Assembly: GCA_035510735.1 (NCBI GenBank)
Contig: DATKGN010000004.1
Coordinates: forward strand, 92,705-156,704
Direction: 5' to 3'
Source of the DNA: Patescibacteria group bacterium
GTDB lineage: Bacteria; Patescibacteriota; Microgenomatia; UBA10105; UBA927
DNA: 64,000 bases
The notes under the pieces are model-generated. The model made no database searches, was not told the DNA's origin, and saw only the letters and a list, made by a program, of their open reading frames with translations. Positions within the stretch are counted from its first letter, which is position 1, and every line of letters begins with the position of its first letter. This document shows, one piece after another, positions 28,476 through 38,559 of this stretch. A program made the translations under genes and the position numbers.

Positions 28476-29036
28476 GTGCAAAACGGTATTTTACGGGCAA
28501 TGGATGTCGGATTCGGATCCTGGTGGCTCACGCCGGATTGCATCGCGTTTGCCATATTATCTTCCGAGCCGCCCCTGGAAAGTTACAGAAGAGCACACCA
28601 TTCGGGCGCCGGACAATTAGGGATTCCCCCTGATCACAACCGGTGGAATTTTGATGTGGGTATTGTTGTAAAAAAAGATGCGGTGATACGGCGGTATCCG
28701 GATCAACTCCGGGCGGTTGGTGAGTTTTTTCACGATAAACCGAAAATGGCGAAACGGTTATATAGTTTTAATGAGGAAGGGACGGCGGTTTTCGGCATCC
28801 CCATTGCTGTGGACGCGGGAAAAACTATTCCATGGGGCGATGAAGCCCGCTTGTATGAGGAGAAAATAAATAATCAACGGGGGAATGCGCCGCGCATCAC
28901 GCCCGATCTTTGGGCAGGCATTTGCATATATGAAGATTGCTGGCCAACACTCAAAAAATGGCATAAAGAAGCGAAAAGAAGCGTCTCTGTTCCTATTTTC
29001 ACGCCTCAGGGCAAGTTATTAAGCATAGGATTCTAA
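28476..29036 (+). CDS. hypothetical protein
   Basis: 186-aa ORF. No motif. Start uncertain. Confidence 0.3.
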   Translation: MQNGILRAMDVGFGSWWLTPDCIAFAILSSEPPLESYRRAHHSGAGQLGIPPDHNRWNFDVGIVVKKDAVIRRYPDQLRAVGEFFHDKPKMAKRLYSFNEEGTAVFGIPIAVDAGKTIPWGDEARLYEEKINNQRGNAPRITPDLWAGICIYEDCWPTLKKWHKEAKRSVSVPIFTPQGKLLSIGF

Positions 29037-29053
29037 TTCACAGGGGAGCGGAA

Positions 29054-29491
29054 TTAATAGACAAACGGAATGAGGCGCTTCGTGCGGGATTTGTATGCGG
29101 CGTAATCCGTAAATTTTTCCGTAAGCAGTTTTTCTTCGATGGATATTTTTGTGAGAAGCACCACTATTTCCAAAATATATATGACCAACCGAATTGGCGT
29201 ATAAAAATCAAGGAGGAGTACGCCCATGACCAGAAGCCAGGCGGTGTACATCGGGTTCCGGATGTATTGGTACGGGCCGGAGTGAAGGAGCTTCGCCTGT
29301 TCGGCCGGCGTCGGGAACCCGCTAAACTTGCTGTTTCGCTTCATATGAATAATTGCCCACACACCGAGGATGATAGCCGCCAGTTCCACGATTGAGAGTG
29401 CGTAGTTGTTCGCAAACACCGGGCCGGTCGCAAAAAACAAGAAGAGGAAAAGGAGCTGGAAAAAGACGAGTAGAAAAGATTTAATTCTCAT
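29054..29491 (-). CDS. ICMT/PEMT-family membrane methyltransferase
   Basis: Polytopic membrane protein with an IRNPMYTAWLL (RHPxY-like) motif and a C-terminal EE...L segment typical of isoprenylcysteine carboxyl methyltransferase-like proteins. Confidence 0.6.
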   Translation of the reverse strand: MRIKSFLLVFFQLLFLFLFFATGPVFANNYALSIVELAAIILGVWAIIHMKRNSKFSGFPTPAEQAKLLHSGPYQYIRNPMYTAWLLVMGVLLLDFYTPIRLVIYILEIVVLLTKISIEEKLLTEKFTDYAAYKSRTKRLIPFVY

Positions 29492-29504
29492 TATTGCTTG
29501 CTCT

Positions 29505-29777
29505 CTATTGTAATTGGACCGTAAGCCGGTAACCCATGACCGATGCGATTTTTTCCAGGAGTCCGAGAGACGGATTCACACTGCCGGATTCAAGGCGGGC
29601 GATAGCTGACTGTTTCGTGCCGATTTTATCCGCGAGTTCTTTTTGAGTAATGCCTTTTTTGAGACGCGCGGCGATAAGACCGGAAATGACCTGGTAACGC
29701 GGCGTGAGTTTTTTGTATTCACGAGCGACGTCCTTATCCTTAAGTAATTCTGTTTTGAATCGGGTAAATGTTTTCAT
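29505..29777 (-). CDS. XRE-family helix-turn-helix transcriptional regulator
   Basis: GITQKELADKIGTKQSAIARLESG HTH_XRE signature. Confidence 0.7.
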   Translation of the reverse strand: MKTFTRFKTELLKDKDVAREYKKLTPRYQVISGLIAARLKKGITQKELADKIGTKQSAIARLESGSVNPSLGLLEKIASVMGYRLTVQLQ

Positions 29778-29906
29778 AGTAAGCGCTTACTCAAATATAA
29801 CATAGATGTTATATCTTTGTCAAGATTTCGATTTATGTTATCTGGTTTACTTTTTTTTGCAGGAATCCCGAAACAATGTTGAAGTAATACGGTATGATAG
29901 AAGCAT

Positions 29907-30572
29907 ATGAATGAAGCTGGCATCGATGCATATACAATTCGGGAATTAGAAATCGCACATCCTCCGGAAGTTCTGATCCGCGTCGGAGAGTTTCTGAAAT
30001 CCGCAAACTACACATACCATCAGGATTCGGGTGTAATCACCGGGACACAGAACATAGCGGAGTTAGAAGTCGCAGCATTGCCCGACAACCTCTCGACCGT
30101 GAATACTATTCCGGTGATTTTAGTCGGTCTCCATACTGACATCGATGCTTTGATTCCAAGTCCAGTGGCCAGTAATGCGAGAACCGTGACACTTGAGACA
30201 ATAGTGAAAGGTACGGTTACCAAACGGGACGTTATATACCGTGGGCAAGACGGGGATGTTATGAATACGAAGACCGTGTACCTAGTTCCCACGACAACGT
30301 TTGAAGGCGAGCCGACAATCGCGCCATTGGGGTCGGCAACGGGCAGGCGCCTGCGTGTCTATACGGATGATCCTCACAGTATTGTTGAGCACCCCGTCGG
30401 GGAGCCATCATTCATTCTCGTCTGTATCGGGAGTTATCTTGATAAACGGGACCGGGTGACATTTAACGACAATCATGAGCTTGAGTTTGAAAAAAATATG
30501 ATCAAAGCGGTCGCCGTCTTCGAGCGTCCGGGCGGCAGTCAACCTAGTCAACCTAACGTGACGTGGACGTAA
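29907..30572 (+). CDS. hypothetical protein
   Basis: 221-aa ORF. No motif. Confidence 0.35.
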   Translation: MNEAGIDAYTIRELEIAHPPEVLIRVGEFLKSANYTYHQDSGVITGTQNIAELEVAALPDNLSTVNTIPVILVGLHTDIDALIPSPVASNARTVTLETIVKGTVTKRDVIYRGQDGDVMNTKTVYLVPTTTFEGEPTIAPLGSATGRRLRVYTDDPHSIVEHPVGEPSFILVCIGSYLDKRDRVTFNDNHELEFEKNMIKAVAVFERPGGSQPSQPNVTWT

Positions 30573-30576
30573 TGTT

Positions 30577-31698
30577 TTACTTCTTTCCCTGAATTAATTG
30601 TGGAAGCAGGTCATTGGTAAGAGACTCAATACCTTCTTTTGTTTTTGTCGAGATAAATACGTAGGGCGTATCGCGGGCGAGAGCAATTAATTTTTCCCGG
30701 TCGATGGGGACGGCATCGATTTTGTTAAATACCCAGACTTCTTTGGTTTCCAATATTTCCAGCTGGTCGAGAATGTCGTTTACGACGCGGATCTTTTCCT
30801 TCATCAAGGGATCCGATACGTCGATCATGTGAAGGACGATGTCCGCGTGGGCCGACTCCATGAGCGTTGATTTGAACGCTTCAACGACGGAAGGCGGGAG
30901 ATTAGCGATAAAGCCGATGGTGTCGGAAATGAGGACCTTGCCGCCGAGACTCGGCATATAAATTTCCCCGACCGTGCTGTCGAGGGTGGCGAAAAGCGCA
31001 TTCTCGACAAGATGTTTTTTGTGGGTCAAAATATTAAACAGTGACGTTTTCCCGGCATTGGTGTAACCGACGATCGAAATGGTTTTCAAGCCTATTTGTT
31101 TCCGGTGATCCATCTGCCTAAATCGGGATGCCGCGGATTTGGCAAGTTCATCATGGGCGCGTTTGATTTCGCGTTTCCAGTGGCGCTGCATGAGCTCCGT
31201 ATTAGTTTCCCCGATTCCGCGCCCTCCGATGCCACCTCCCTGGCGCGAGAGCACCATCCCCATCCCGTAAATCCGCGGGCCCATGCTCTCCATCTTTGCC
31301 AACTCGATCTGAAGCTTCGCCTCCGTGGTCCGGGCATGAGCGGCGAATATCGCAAGGATGAGGTCGACCCGGTCCCAGATGGCGATATTTGGCCGGACGG
31401 TCCAGAACAACTTCATGAGGTTGAATTTCTGGCTCGGCTTCATCCTGCCGTTGAATATGATGATATCCACAGGATTATTTTTGAGATAAAAGTTTACTTC
31501 CTCCACCTTCCCCGGGCCGATGTAGGTTGCCGCAAATTCCTCGCCCTGCTGATGGATGAGGTCGGTGACCCGCGCATTGCCAAGAGTTGCGACGAGTTGC
31601 CAGAGCTCGGTGATGTCTTTTTCCATTTCAGCGCGGCTCATGCGCGGTCGCGCGAGATAGACGAAAAGAATGTTTAACGGGTGATCAATTGTTTCCAC
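30577..31698 (-). CDS. hflX: GTPase HflX
   Basis: GYTNAGKTSLFN (G1), DTIGFI (G3), NKID (G4) and the N-terminal HflX domain. Confidence 0.85.
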   Translation of the reverse strand: METIDHPLNILFVYLARPRMSRAEMEKDITELWQLVATLGNARVTDLIHQQGEEFAATYIGPGKVEEVNFYLKNNPVDIIIFNGRMKPSQKFNLMKLFWTVRPNIAIWDRVDLILAIFAAHARTTEAKLQIELAKMESMGPRIYGMGMVLSRQGGGIGGRGIGETNTELMQRHWKREIKRAHDELAKSAASRFRQMDHRKQIGLKTISIVGYTNAGKTSLFNILTHKKHLVENALFATLDSTVGEIYMPSLGGKVLISDTIGFIANLPPSVVEAFKSTLMESAHADIVLHMIDVSDPLMKEKIRVVNDILDQLEILETKEVWVFNKIDAVPIDREKLIALARDTPYVFISTKTKEGIESLTNDLLPQLIQGKK

Positions 31699-31720
31699 TA
31701 GTGCGCATTATAGTCCATAT

Positions 31721-32374
31721 GTGGTAAATATACGGCCGGAGTGCTCTTTTCTATTTGAAACGGACTATAATGTCAGTATCATGAACTTAGTAGTGGAGAC
31801 GGTGCGAGAGAGAGCAAAATTTGTTACAGCTCAAGTTGAGGATGGGATTTTTCTACCTGAACACGTCACACTACTTTGGTCTATTAATCAGAGAGCCCAC
31901 GTCATAGCGGAAAACGTCCGGCAAAAAGGTACTGCAATAACGCGCGATCCCGTTGATCCGTGGGTGCAGGGGTACACCGTGTTGCCGAAACCTGATCTGC
32001 GGATAGTGTTCATACAAGAGTCTCAGGATAGTTTAAAAAAAGGCCTCATGCTGGCACTCCACATATCGCATACGCTCGGATATCGGTTTAAAACCGATAT
32101 CCAATATAATCTTTGGGAAAATAGAATTGAACTATTTAGGATAGATTCCTATAAACGGCAACCGGTAGGCAGCAGTCCGATTATTGCGTATCGGTTCCGT
32201 GATCATCCACAGGACGGAACACGGATTCCTGCTGGGTTAAAATTGAGTGATATCGTTGCACCGATTGATAGATTGTTACAACTCGTTGAAACGGCGTCAG
32301 AGCATATCACGCGGACACTTGAACCTGTGTCGGTGGAGCTCCATCATAGTGTTCATTCCCTGAGCGTGATCTGA
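31721..32374 (+). CDS. hypothetical protein
   Basis: 217-aa ORF. No motif. Confidence 0.35.
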   Translation: MVNIRPECSFLFETDYNVSIMNLVVETVRERAKFVTAQVEDGIFLPEHVTLLWSINQRAHVIAENVRQKGTAITRDPVDPWVQGYTVLPKPDLRIVFIQESQDSLKKGLMLALHISHTLGYRFKTDIQYNLWENRIELFRIDSYKRQPVGSSPIIAYRFRDHPQDGTRIPAGLKLSDIVAPIDRLLQLVETASEHITRTLEPVSVELHHSVHSLSVI

Positions 32375-32423
32375 TAGTGAAGAACATCATAACTTCGTTG
32401 CCTTCGTAGTGTAAAATGAGAGT

Positions 32424-32822
32424 ATGAAACTGAACGTGCATCACGTGGCCTTCACAGTAAAAGATATCAAAGAATCTGTCTCATGGTATGAAGAAAAACT
32501 GGGTTTTACCGTGGCCCATTCATATAGCAAGAACGGAATGGACATCGCTCTTCTTGAAGGAAGCGGCATACATCTTGAGCTTATTTCCTACGGAAACAAT
32601 ACGGAGGCGCTTCCCGAATACAGGACCGATATTATGAGCGACATCCATGTTGTGGGAACGAAACACCTGTGTCTTGAAGTGGACAGTCTTGAAGAAAGTA
32701 TTACCGAATTAAAAACCAAAGGAGTGGAGTTTGTCACCGATATCGATACAGCGGCCTTCGGCGGACGGTATATATTTTTCACGGATTGTAACGGCATTCT
32801 TATTGAATTACATCAGTCGTAA
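32424..32822 (+). CDS. VOC/glyoxalase-family protein
   Basis: HHVAFTVKDIKESVSWYEEKLGF N-terminal glyoxalase/bleomycin-resistance fold signature. Confidence 0.7.
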   Translation: MKLNVHHVAFTVKDIKESVSWYEEKLGFTVAHSYSKNGMDIALLEGSGIHLELISYGNNTEALPEYRTDIMSDIHVVGTKHLCLEVDSLEESITELKTKGVEFVTDIDTAAFGGRYIFFTDCNGILIELHQS

Positions 32823-32836
32823 CAGCATATACAACT

Positions 32837-33718
32837 ATGGATAATAGAGCGGGAACAGTCGTAAACGTTACTACAACGGACGGATACGTGCTCCATGGAA
32901 ATTATTGTGGGGTCGAGAAGGCAACGACTGCGATTCTCCACATGCATGGGACCGGCGGCAATTTTTACGGGAACAATTTTTATACTGAAATAGCTAAAAC
33001 AGTGAATGAGGCAGGCGTTTCATATCTTACGACGAATAGCCACGGATCCGGCGTCTATGAATTTGAGGTGGGGACGCCGCTCTCGGGAATTTCCCTGGAA
33101 ATATTTGAAAATTGCCTTCTGGATATCGATGCGTGGATAGAATTTTTACTTGCCCGGGGTACGAAGTCCATTATACTTGAAGGCCACAGTTTCGGAATCG
33201 GAAAAGTGACGTATTACATGGCAAAAGGGAAATATAAGGACAAGGTGAAGGCGGTTATATTCTTAGGGACAAACGGGGTATTTCAAACACAACAGCAGTA
33301 TCTCGCAAAAAAAGGCGTGCCGCCTGAGGTGTATCTGGCCGAGGCGAACAAATTCATGGCGATGGGGAAGCCTACCGCAATTCTTGCCGACCCAACGGCG
33401 CTTTGTGGCTATTATCCGGCGAGTGCCCAAACGTATATCAATTTCTTCCGTGTGGCAAGCGAGATGTACAGGTCCACACAGATGGCAACGGGCGAGGATG
33501 GTGGGTACCGGCATCTCATCACGGTCCCTTTATTGTGGATTTTGGGTGATGATCCCCAGAAAGAATATCTCTTTGTGCCGTTTGAAGATGCGTTTGCGCT
33601 CGTCCGGTCGGAAAATCCTCAGGTCGCCATTCACCAGCTCACGAAATGCGATCACGGGTTAAACGGCCATGAAGAAGAGGCAGCAGCGCTCATCGCCGAT
33701 TTTCTCAAACATATCTAG
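32837..33718 (+). CDS. alpha/beta-hydrolase fold protein
   Basis: GHSFG nucleophile elbow and a downstream His. Confidence 0.6.
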   Translation: MDNRAGTVVNVTTTDGYVLHGNYCGVEKATTAILHMHGTGGNFYGNNFYTEIAKTVNEAGVSYLTTNSHGSGVYEFEVGTPLSGISLEIFENCLLDIDAWIEFLLARGTKSIILEGHSFGIGKVTYYMAKGKYKDKVKAVIFLGTNGVFQTQQQYLAKKGVPPEVYLAEANKFMAMGKPTAILADPTALCGYYPASAQTYINFFRVASEMYRSTQMATGEDGGYRHLITVPLLWILGDDPQKEYLFVPFEDAFALVRSENPQVAIHQLTKCDHGLNGHEEEAAALIADFLKHI

Positions 33719-34032
33719 CTTGATGTCGATTGGACGGTAATGTAATCTCCAAGTATAATTCCTTTTCTCTTAATCTCACTCGCCGGAAGCTCAACAACAT
33801 TTTGATACTTCGGGTTCCAAAAGAAAAGGCGGTTCGGGGGAAGTTCGCGCGTGAGTTTCACTACGCGGTTATCGTTATCCAGAATTAACACATCAATCGG
33901 GAACAAAACGCCGAACGTGTGGATACCCCAGCGCGTGGTGAAGAAGACGGGATAGATTTCTTTTGCTCCGATAAGGCCTTTTGATTTCTCAAAATCGGTA
34001 AGCAGAAATTTCATCTTGAGCATGATCATCAC
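33715..34032 (-). CDS. DUF192 (COG1430) family protein
   Basis: GLIGAKE...VFFTTRWGIHTFG...IDVLILDNDNRVV pattern of DUF192. Confidence 0.5.
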   Translation of the reverse strand: MMIMLKMKFLLTDFEKSKGLIGAKEIYPVFFTTRWGIHTFGVLFPIDVLILDNDNRVVKLTRELPPNRLFFWNPKYQNVVELPASEIKRKGIILGDYITVQSTSS

Positions 34033-34078
34033 ACTCTAATATACCGTTTTCGTTACATATCGGATAGTATAGGAGTAT

Positions 34079-34696
34079 ATGACAAAAAAACTCCTCGTTG
34101 AATTTATCGGGACCTTTTTTCTCGTTCTTGTTGTGTCGCTTTCCGGGAATCCGGTTGCCATTGGGTTTATCCTTATGGCGATGGTGTATATGGGGGGATA
34201 TATTTCGGGTGCCCACTATAATCCGGCGGTCACTGCGGGCCTGTGGGTATCAAAGAAAATCGGGGGACACGATGCTGTTAAATATATCGTTGCCCAACTG
34301 GCAGGGGGATTTGCTGCCGCAGGCGTGTATACATTTATTAATAAAAACTTTTTCCTGCCGGCACCGGGTGCTGGGGTGAGCTGGCTCGTCGCATTTATCG
34401 TTGAGATGCTCTTCACATTCGCGCTTGTGACGGTCGTCCACCATACGGCAGCGACAGAAAAAACAAAGGGGAATGACTATTACGGACTGGCGATCGGCAT
34501 GACCCTCCTTGCAGCGGCAGCGGCAGGGGGCCCGGTCTCGGGAGGCGCTTTTAATCCGGCTGTGGGCGTTTCACCCTTACTCTTTGATATCGGAGACATA
34601 AGTGCCCACCTCGGAAATATGCTTCTTTACGGCGCGGGACCCCTGGCCGGCGGACTCCTGGCCGGGTGGGCGTATGTGAAGATGAAGAACCTGTAA
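34079..34696 (+). CDS. aquaporin/MIP-family channel
   Basis: Two NPA boxes (HYNPAVT, FNPAVG). Six TM helices. Confidence 0.85.
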   Translation: MTKKLLVEFIGTFFLVLVVSLSGNPVAIGFILMAMVYMGGYISGAHYNPAVTAGLWVSKKIGGHDAVKYIVAQLAGGFAAAGVYTFINKNFFLPAPGAGVSWLVAFIVEMLFTFALVTVVHHTAATEKTKGNDYYGLAIGMTLLAAAAAGGPVSGGAFNPAVGVSPLLFDIGDISAHLGNMLLYGAGPLAGGLLAGWAYVKMKNL

Positions 34697-34724
34697 AGCG
34701 CGAATTCTGATATAATCATTTGTA

Positions 34725-35153
34725 ATGCAGAATACATTTGTGGCAACAAGTTCCATCACCATTAAAGCGCCGGTCGCGAGAGTCTGGGATGCGCTTACCA
34801 ATCCCGAGATGATTGCCAAATATTTGTTCGGGACGAAGACGGAAACCGACTGGAAGGTCGGAAGCCCCATCACCTATACAGGAGCTTGGGAGGGAAAGAC
34901 GTATCAGGATAAAGGCATGGTACTCGCAAACGTTCCGGAAAAACTATTGAAATCCACCTACTGGAGCAGTATGTCGGGAAAACCGGATAAGCCCGAAAAC
35001 TATCAGATTGTGACCTATACGCTTGTCCCTAACGGCAGCGAAACGACACTTACCGTGACTCAGGAACAAATCACCTCTGAAGCGGACCGTGATCACTCGG
35101 AGGACAACTGGAATGTGGTTCTTACAACAATGAAGAAATTGCTGGAAGCGTAA
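34725..35153 (+). CDS. SRPBCC/AHSA1-like domain protein
   Basis: ITIKAPVARVWDALTNPEMIAKY N-terminal signature of the Aha1/SRPBCC family. Confidence 0.6.
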   Translation: MQNTFVATSSITIKAPVARVWDALTNPEMIAKYLFGTKTETDWKVGSPITYTGAWEGKTYQDKGMVLANVPEKLLKSTYWSSMSGKPDKPENYQIVTYTLVPNGSETTLTVTQEQITSEADRDHSEDNWNVVLTTMKKLLEA

Positions 35154-35179
35154 AAAGGCTTTTTGTTATATTTTCCCTC

Positions 35180-36403
35180 ATGGAACCAGAACCTCCAAAA
35201 ACATCGTATTCATTCATCTTCGTTACGACCTTCCTGAATTTCCTGGGATTTTCTATCATCATCCCGGTGATTCCATTTCTTGTACAACGCTATGAACCCA
35301 ACCCCGGTTTAATCGCGCTCTACGTCGGATTTATTTTATCCTCGTATTCCCTGTGCCAATTTCTGGCAGCGCCGGCGCTTGGCGTGTTAAGCGACCGATT
35401 TGGGCGACGGCCGATACTCCTTATCAGTTTATTCGGCTCAGTTATCGGATATTTATTATTAGGTATCGGCGGATCGCTGAGTGTCCTTTTTATCGGCCGG
35501 ATTATCGACGGATTAACCGGCGGCAATATCTCGACGGTCTACGCGTATGTGTCCGATATCACCCCGCCTGAAAAACGGGGGAAATATTTCGGGATCATGG
35601 GCGCCGTCGGGGGCTTGGGATTCATGTTGGGGCCTGCAATCGGCGGACTTGCCGCGACGATTCACCTGTCGGCTCCGATGTATCTGGCTGCCGGCGTCAC
35701 TGCCGTCAATTTGTTGTGGGGATATTTTGTCCTCCCTGAGAGTCTCAAAAAAGAGCATGCGCTTGACCGCGTGGAACTCGCGCACCTCAATCCGTTCGGG
35801 CAGTTTGCGCACTTATTCACGATTTCGGTCCTTAAGATTTTATTCCCGGTCGTGTTCTTGTATTTTTTTGCCTCAACGATGTTCCAAGGAAATGTGTCGG
35901 TGTTCCTCAAGGATATTCTCTCGTGGGGTCCCAAAAATATCGGGTTTATGCTGTTCGTTGTCGGCATTGTTGATATTGTCGCTCAGGGATATATCACGCC
36001 AAAACTTTTACCACGATTCGGCGATATTGCGTTAGTCATTGCGGGAGCAATGGTAAATGGCGTAGGGATTGGGCTTATCGGACTGTTGGCACACATGCCG
36101 TCCATCGCCATTTTATTTACGGCGATTGTCATACTTAACATCGGCGACGGGATGTTCCAGCCGGCAATGGCCAGTCTCATCTCAAAATCAGTCGAACAGA
36201 AAAAACAGGGACGCGTCCAGGGCGCAAATCAGAGCATTCAGGCGATTTCTCGGGTGTTGGGGCCGCTTGCGGCTGCAGGTCTTTATCAGTACAACCGAGG
36301 GCTCCCGTATTTTGCAGCCGGTGTCGTTGTCATTATTGCAACCGGTGTCATTATCCGATATGTGGGGATTCTTCGGGCTGGTGAAGAAGGAGCGGCTGTA
36401 TGA
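35180..36403 (+). CDS. MFS transporter
   Basis: 12 TM helices. GVLSDRFGRRP MFS motif A. Confidence 0.8.
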   Translation: MEPEPPKTSYSFIFVTTFLNFLGFSIIIPVIPFLVQRYEPNPGLIALYVGFILSSYSLCQFLAAPALGVLSDRFGRRPILLISLFGSVIGYLLLGIGGSLSVLFIGRIIDGLTGGNISTVYAYVSDITPPEKRGKYFGIMGAVGGLGFMLGPAIGGLAATIHLSAPMYLAAGVTAVNLLWGYFVLPESLKKEHALDRVELAHLNPFGQFAHLFTISVLKILFPVVFLYFFASTMFQGNVSVFLKDILSWGPKNIGFMLFVVGIVDIVAQGYITPKLLPRFGDIALVIAGAMVNGVGIGLIGLLAHMPSIAILFTAIVILNIGDGMFQPAMASLISKSVEQKKQGRVQGANQSIQAISRVLGPLAAAGLYQYNRGLPYFAAGVVVIIATGVIIRYVGILRAGEEGAAV

Positions 36404-37236
36404 TCGCGACATTCGTTATCGCATTCCGGGAATTTTTGGAAGCATTCCTCATTGTCGGCGTATTTTTAGGAATCTCCCGGAAGATGGGACTCAAACGGGA
36501 GCGTGAAATAGCGATAGCAGCGGGGATTGGCATAGTTATTTCACTCATTCTTTCAACATGTACGTATTTCTTTGGCGGCTATGCGCGGGGTGTATTGACG
36601 GAAAAAAACGCAGATGTCCTTGAAAGTTATCTTCTTATATTCTCGGGACTATTTATCGCATACGTTGTTTTTTCGCTCCATGAAGTCATGAACCGCGGGC
36701 GCGGCCGTCTCATCATGACCGCCCACACGAAACTCCAGGCGGAAACGTTTGACGCAACGCTTTTCCTCACCATCATATTTCTCGTTGCGCGCGAAGGGTT
36801 TGAAATAGCACTCTTCACCGCAAGCGTTTCATTATTCACTGACTTCCTTGGGAATTTCCTGGGATTGTTGTTGGGATTTGCGGCGGGGGCGGCGGTCGGG
36901 CTCTCGACGTTTGCAACCTATCTCCGGTTTCCGATCGGGCGGGTGTTTCGCGCGACTGAGTATATGATTATACTCCTGGGAGCTTCACTTGTAGAAACCG
37001 GCACGACGAAGTTTCTTTCGACGCAGTTCGGGATCGAGCTCTCGCGCATCTGGTCATTTCACTTCACGTTTTTGCCGGGTGAGGATAGTTTCCTTGGGCA
37101 TATTCTCCAGGGGCTCTTCGGCGTGGACCGGGGATTCAGTGCGGCACGGCTCGCAATCATGCTTGTCTACATCAGTGTTATTTATCTTCTGTTTATCCGC
37201 AACCGGAGAATGACTACTCTACATAAGAGTGAGTGA
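36400..37236 (+). CDS. FTR1/EfeU-family iron permease
   Basis: Two RExxE motifs (REFLE, REGFE) in TM1 and TM4. The 4-nt overlap with the MFS gene implies translational coupling. Confidence 0.6.
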   Translation: MIATFVIAFREFLEAFLIVGVFLGISRKMGLKREREIAIAAGIGIVISLILSTCTYFFGGYARGVLTEKNADVLESYLLIFSGLFIAYVVFSLHEVMNRGRGRLIMTAHTKLQAETFDATLFLTIIFLVAREGFEIALFTASVSLFTDFLGNFLGLLLGFAAGAAVGLSTFATYLRFPIGRVFRATEYMIILLGASLVETGTTKFLSTQFGIELSRIWSFHFTFLPGEDSFLGHILQGLFGVDRGFSAARLAIMLVYISVIYLLFIRNRRMTTLHKSE

Positions 37237-37280
37237 AACAGCCGGTTTCGACAGTGAAAACGTGAATTCAACTCCCGGGT

Positions 37281-38366
37281 TTGATACAATGCGCTACGTT
37301 ACTTTCGATCACTATGATACCCGCTGATAACGAACATTTACTTGATCAAGCGTCCGGAAACGGGAACAAAGAAGGCCGGCAGATTGTCGAGCTTGTGAAG
37401 TTAATCCGTACTCCCGGTACAGCGGTCGCAATCGATGAAGAGGTAAAATCAACGGCGCTCGACCATGACCAGCTCATTCGTCCCCAAGAGAGCGGTATTC
37501 CGTTTATCATGCATCTGACACCGGCAGAGGCTATTCTTGCGATGGAGGCGAAGCGGACGGATATATCCGTCAAAAGCGGTATATGTCAGGCAGGGCTTAA
37601 TCTTCAGAATTTTACCTACGATCACGGGATGTTTACGGGGAATATGAAAAACATGGGTCCGAGAACTATCCGGGTGCCTGCGGGTTATGAGGTGCCGATC
37701 GGTTTTCCTTATTTTATGTCACAGCACGCCGATAATGCGACAATATTTTCCCGTATCACTAAATACCTTGAGCTAAATCCGCGTAATTCCATCTCATTCT
37801 TTCAACAGGCGGATATATCCGACAAAAACAATTTGACATGGATGTTTATTGAAACAGGGACATATCTCAAGTATGAATCTGTACGTTTTCAGAGCGGAAA
37901 AGATGATGATGTGATCAATCTTGATAATAGATTTCCGCGCGGGACCCAACGGGAACAACTCCATACATTTCTGAACATCACCCGGGTTGATGATCCGCGG
38001 CATTCTGTCCCGGTGAGCAGCGACAGAAAATTATTGTATACGCTTATGGAAACCAAGGGTCCGATTCATTATCCTGAGGGTGGCGGCATTGTTATCATGG
38101 GCGGGGCGGTTATCAACAAAGACGGTTCCGTGAAGTTGTTCAACCACGGCGACAGTGTGGTGGGTCAACATAGGAAGCACGGTAACGGATCTCGGGATCC
38201 TGCGCACACACTGGTTGGAGAATTTCTATTGCCGTATTGGGCCATTCATTTCGTGAGGCGAAGGGGAAGCCTTATTGGTCTCTGGTGCGATCCGGTTAAT
38301 TTGCATTGGGCAACGCCTGAAGGAAAACTTCTTGATAAAAAACAAACACCCCCTGAAGATAATTAG
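37281..38366 (+). CDS. hypothetical protein
   Basis: 361-aa ORF. No motif. Confidence 0.35.
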   Translation: MIQCATLLSITMIPADNEHLLDQASGNGNKEGRQIVELVKLIRTPGTAVAIDEEVKSTALDHDQLIRPQESGIPFIMHLTPAEAILAMEAKRTDISVKSGICQAGLNLQNFTYDHGMFTGNMKNMGPRTIRVPAGYEVPIGFPYFMSQHADNATIFSRITKYLELNPRNSISFFQQADISDKNNLTWMFIETGTYLKYESVRFQSGKDDDVINLDNRFPRGTQREQLHTFLNITRVDDPRHSVPVSSDRKLLYTLMETKGPIHYPEGGGIVIMGGAVINKDGSVKLFNHGDSVVGQHRKHGNGSRDPAHTLVGEFLLPYWAIHFVRRRGSLIGLWCDPVNLHWATPEGKLLDKKQTPPEDN

Positions 38367-38371
38367 TCCTA

Positions 38372-38408
38372 AACAGCGCTCAGGTGCGTTACCGGGCGCT
38401 GTTTTTTT
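38372..38408 (+). terminator. rho-independent terminator (aacagcgc...gcgctgtt + T7)
   Basis: Perfect 8-bp stem aacagcgc/gcgctgtt followed by ttttttt, immediately after the 37281-38366 CDS. Confidence 0.65.
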
Positions 38409-38559
38409 GATTGTCCGGCATCTATCTGTATGCCTTTCATACCCCAATCCGCCCTAGAGGTATGACATAACTAAACCGTGTCATTTATTGCCCAATCGTT
38501 TTCGTGTCCTCCTTTCACAGTCTACTCTACGGAAGAAATCTGAAAGTTTGCTTAAAAAA

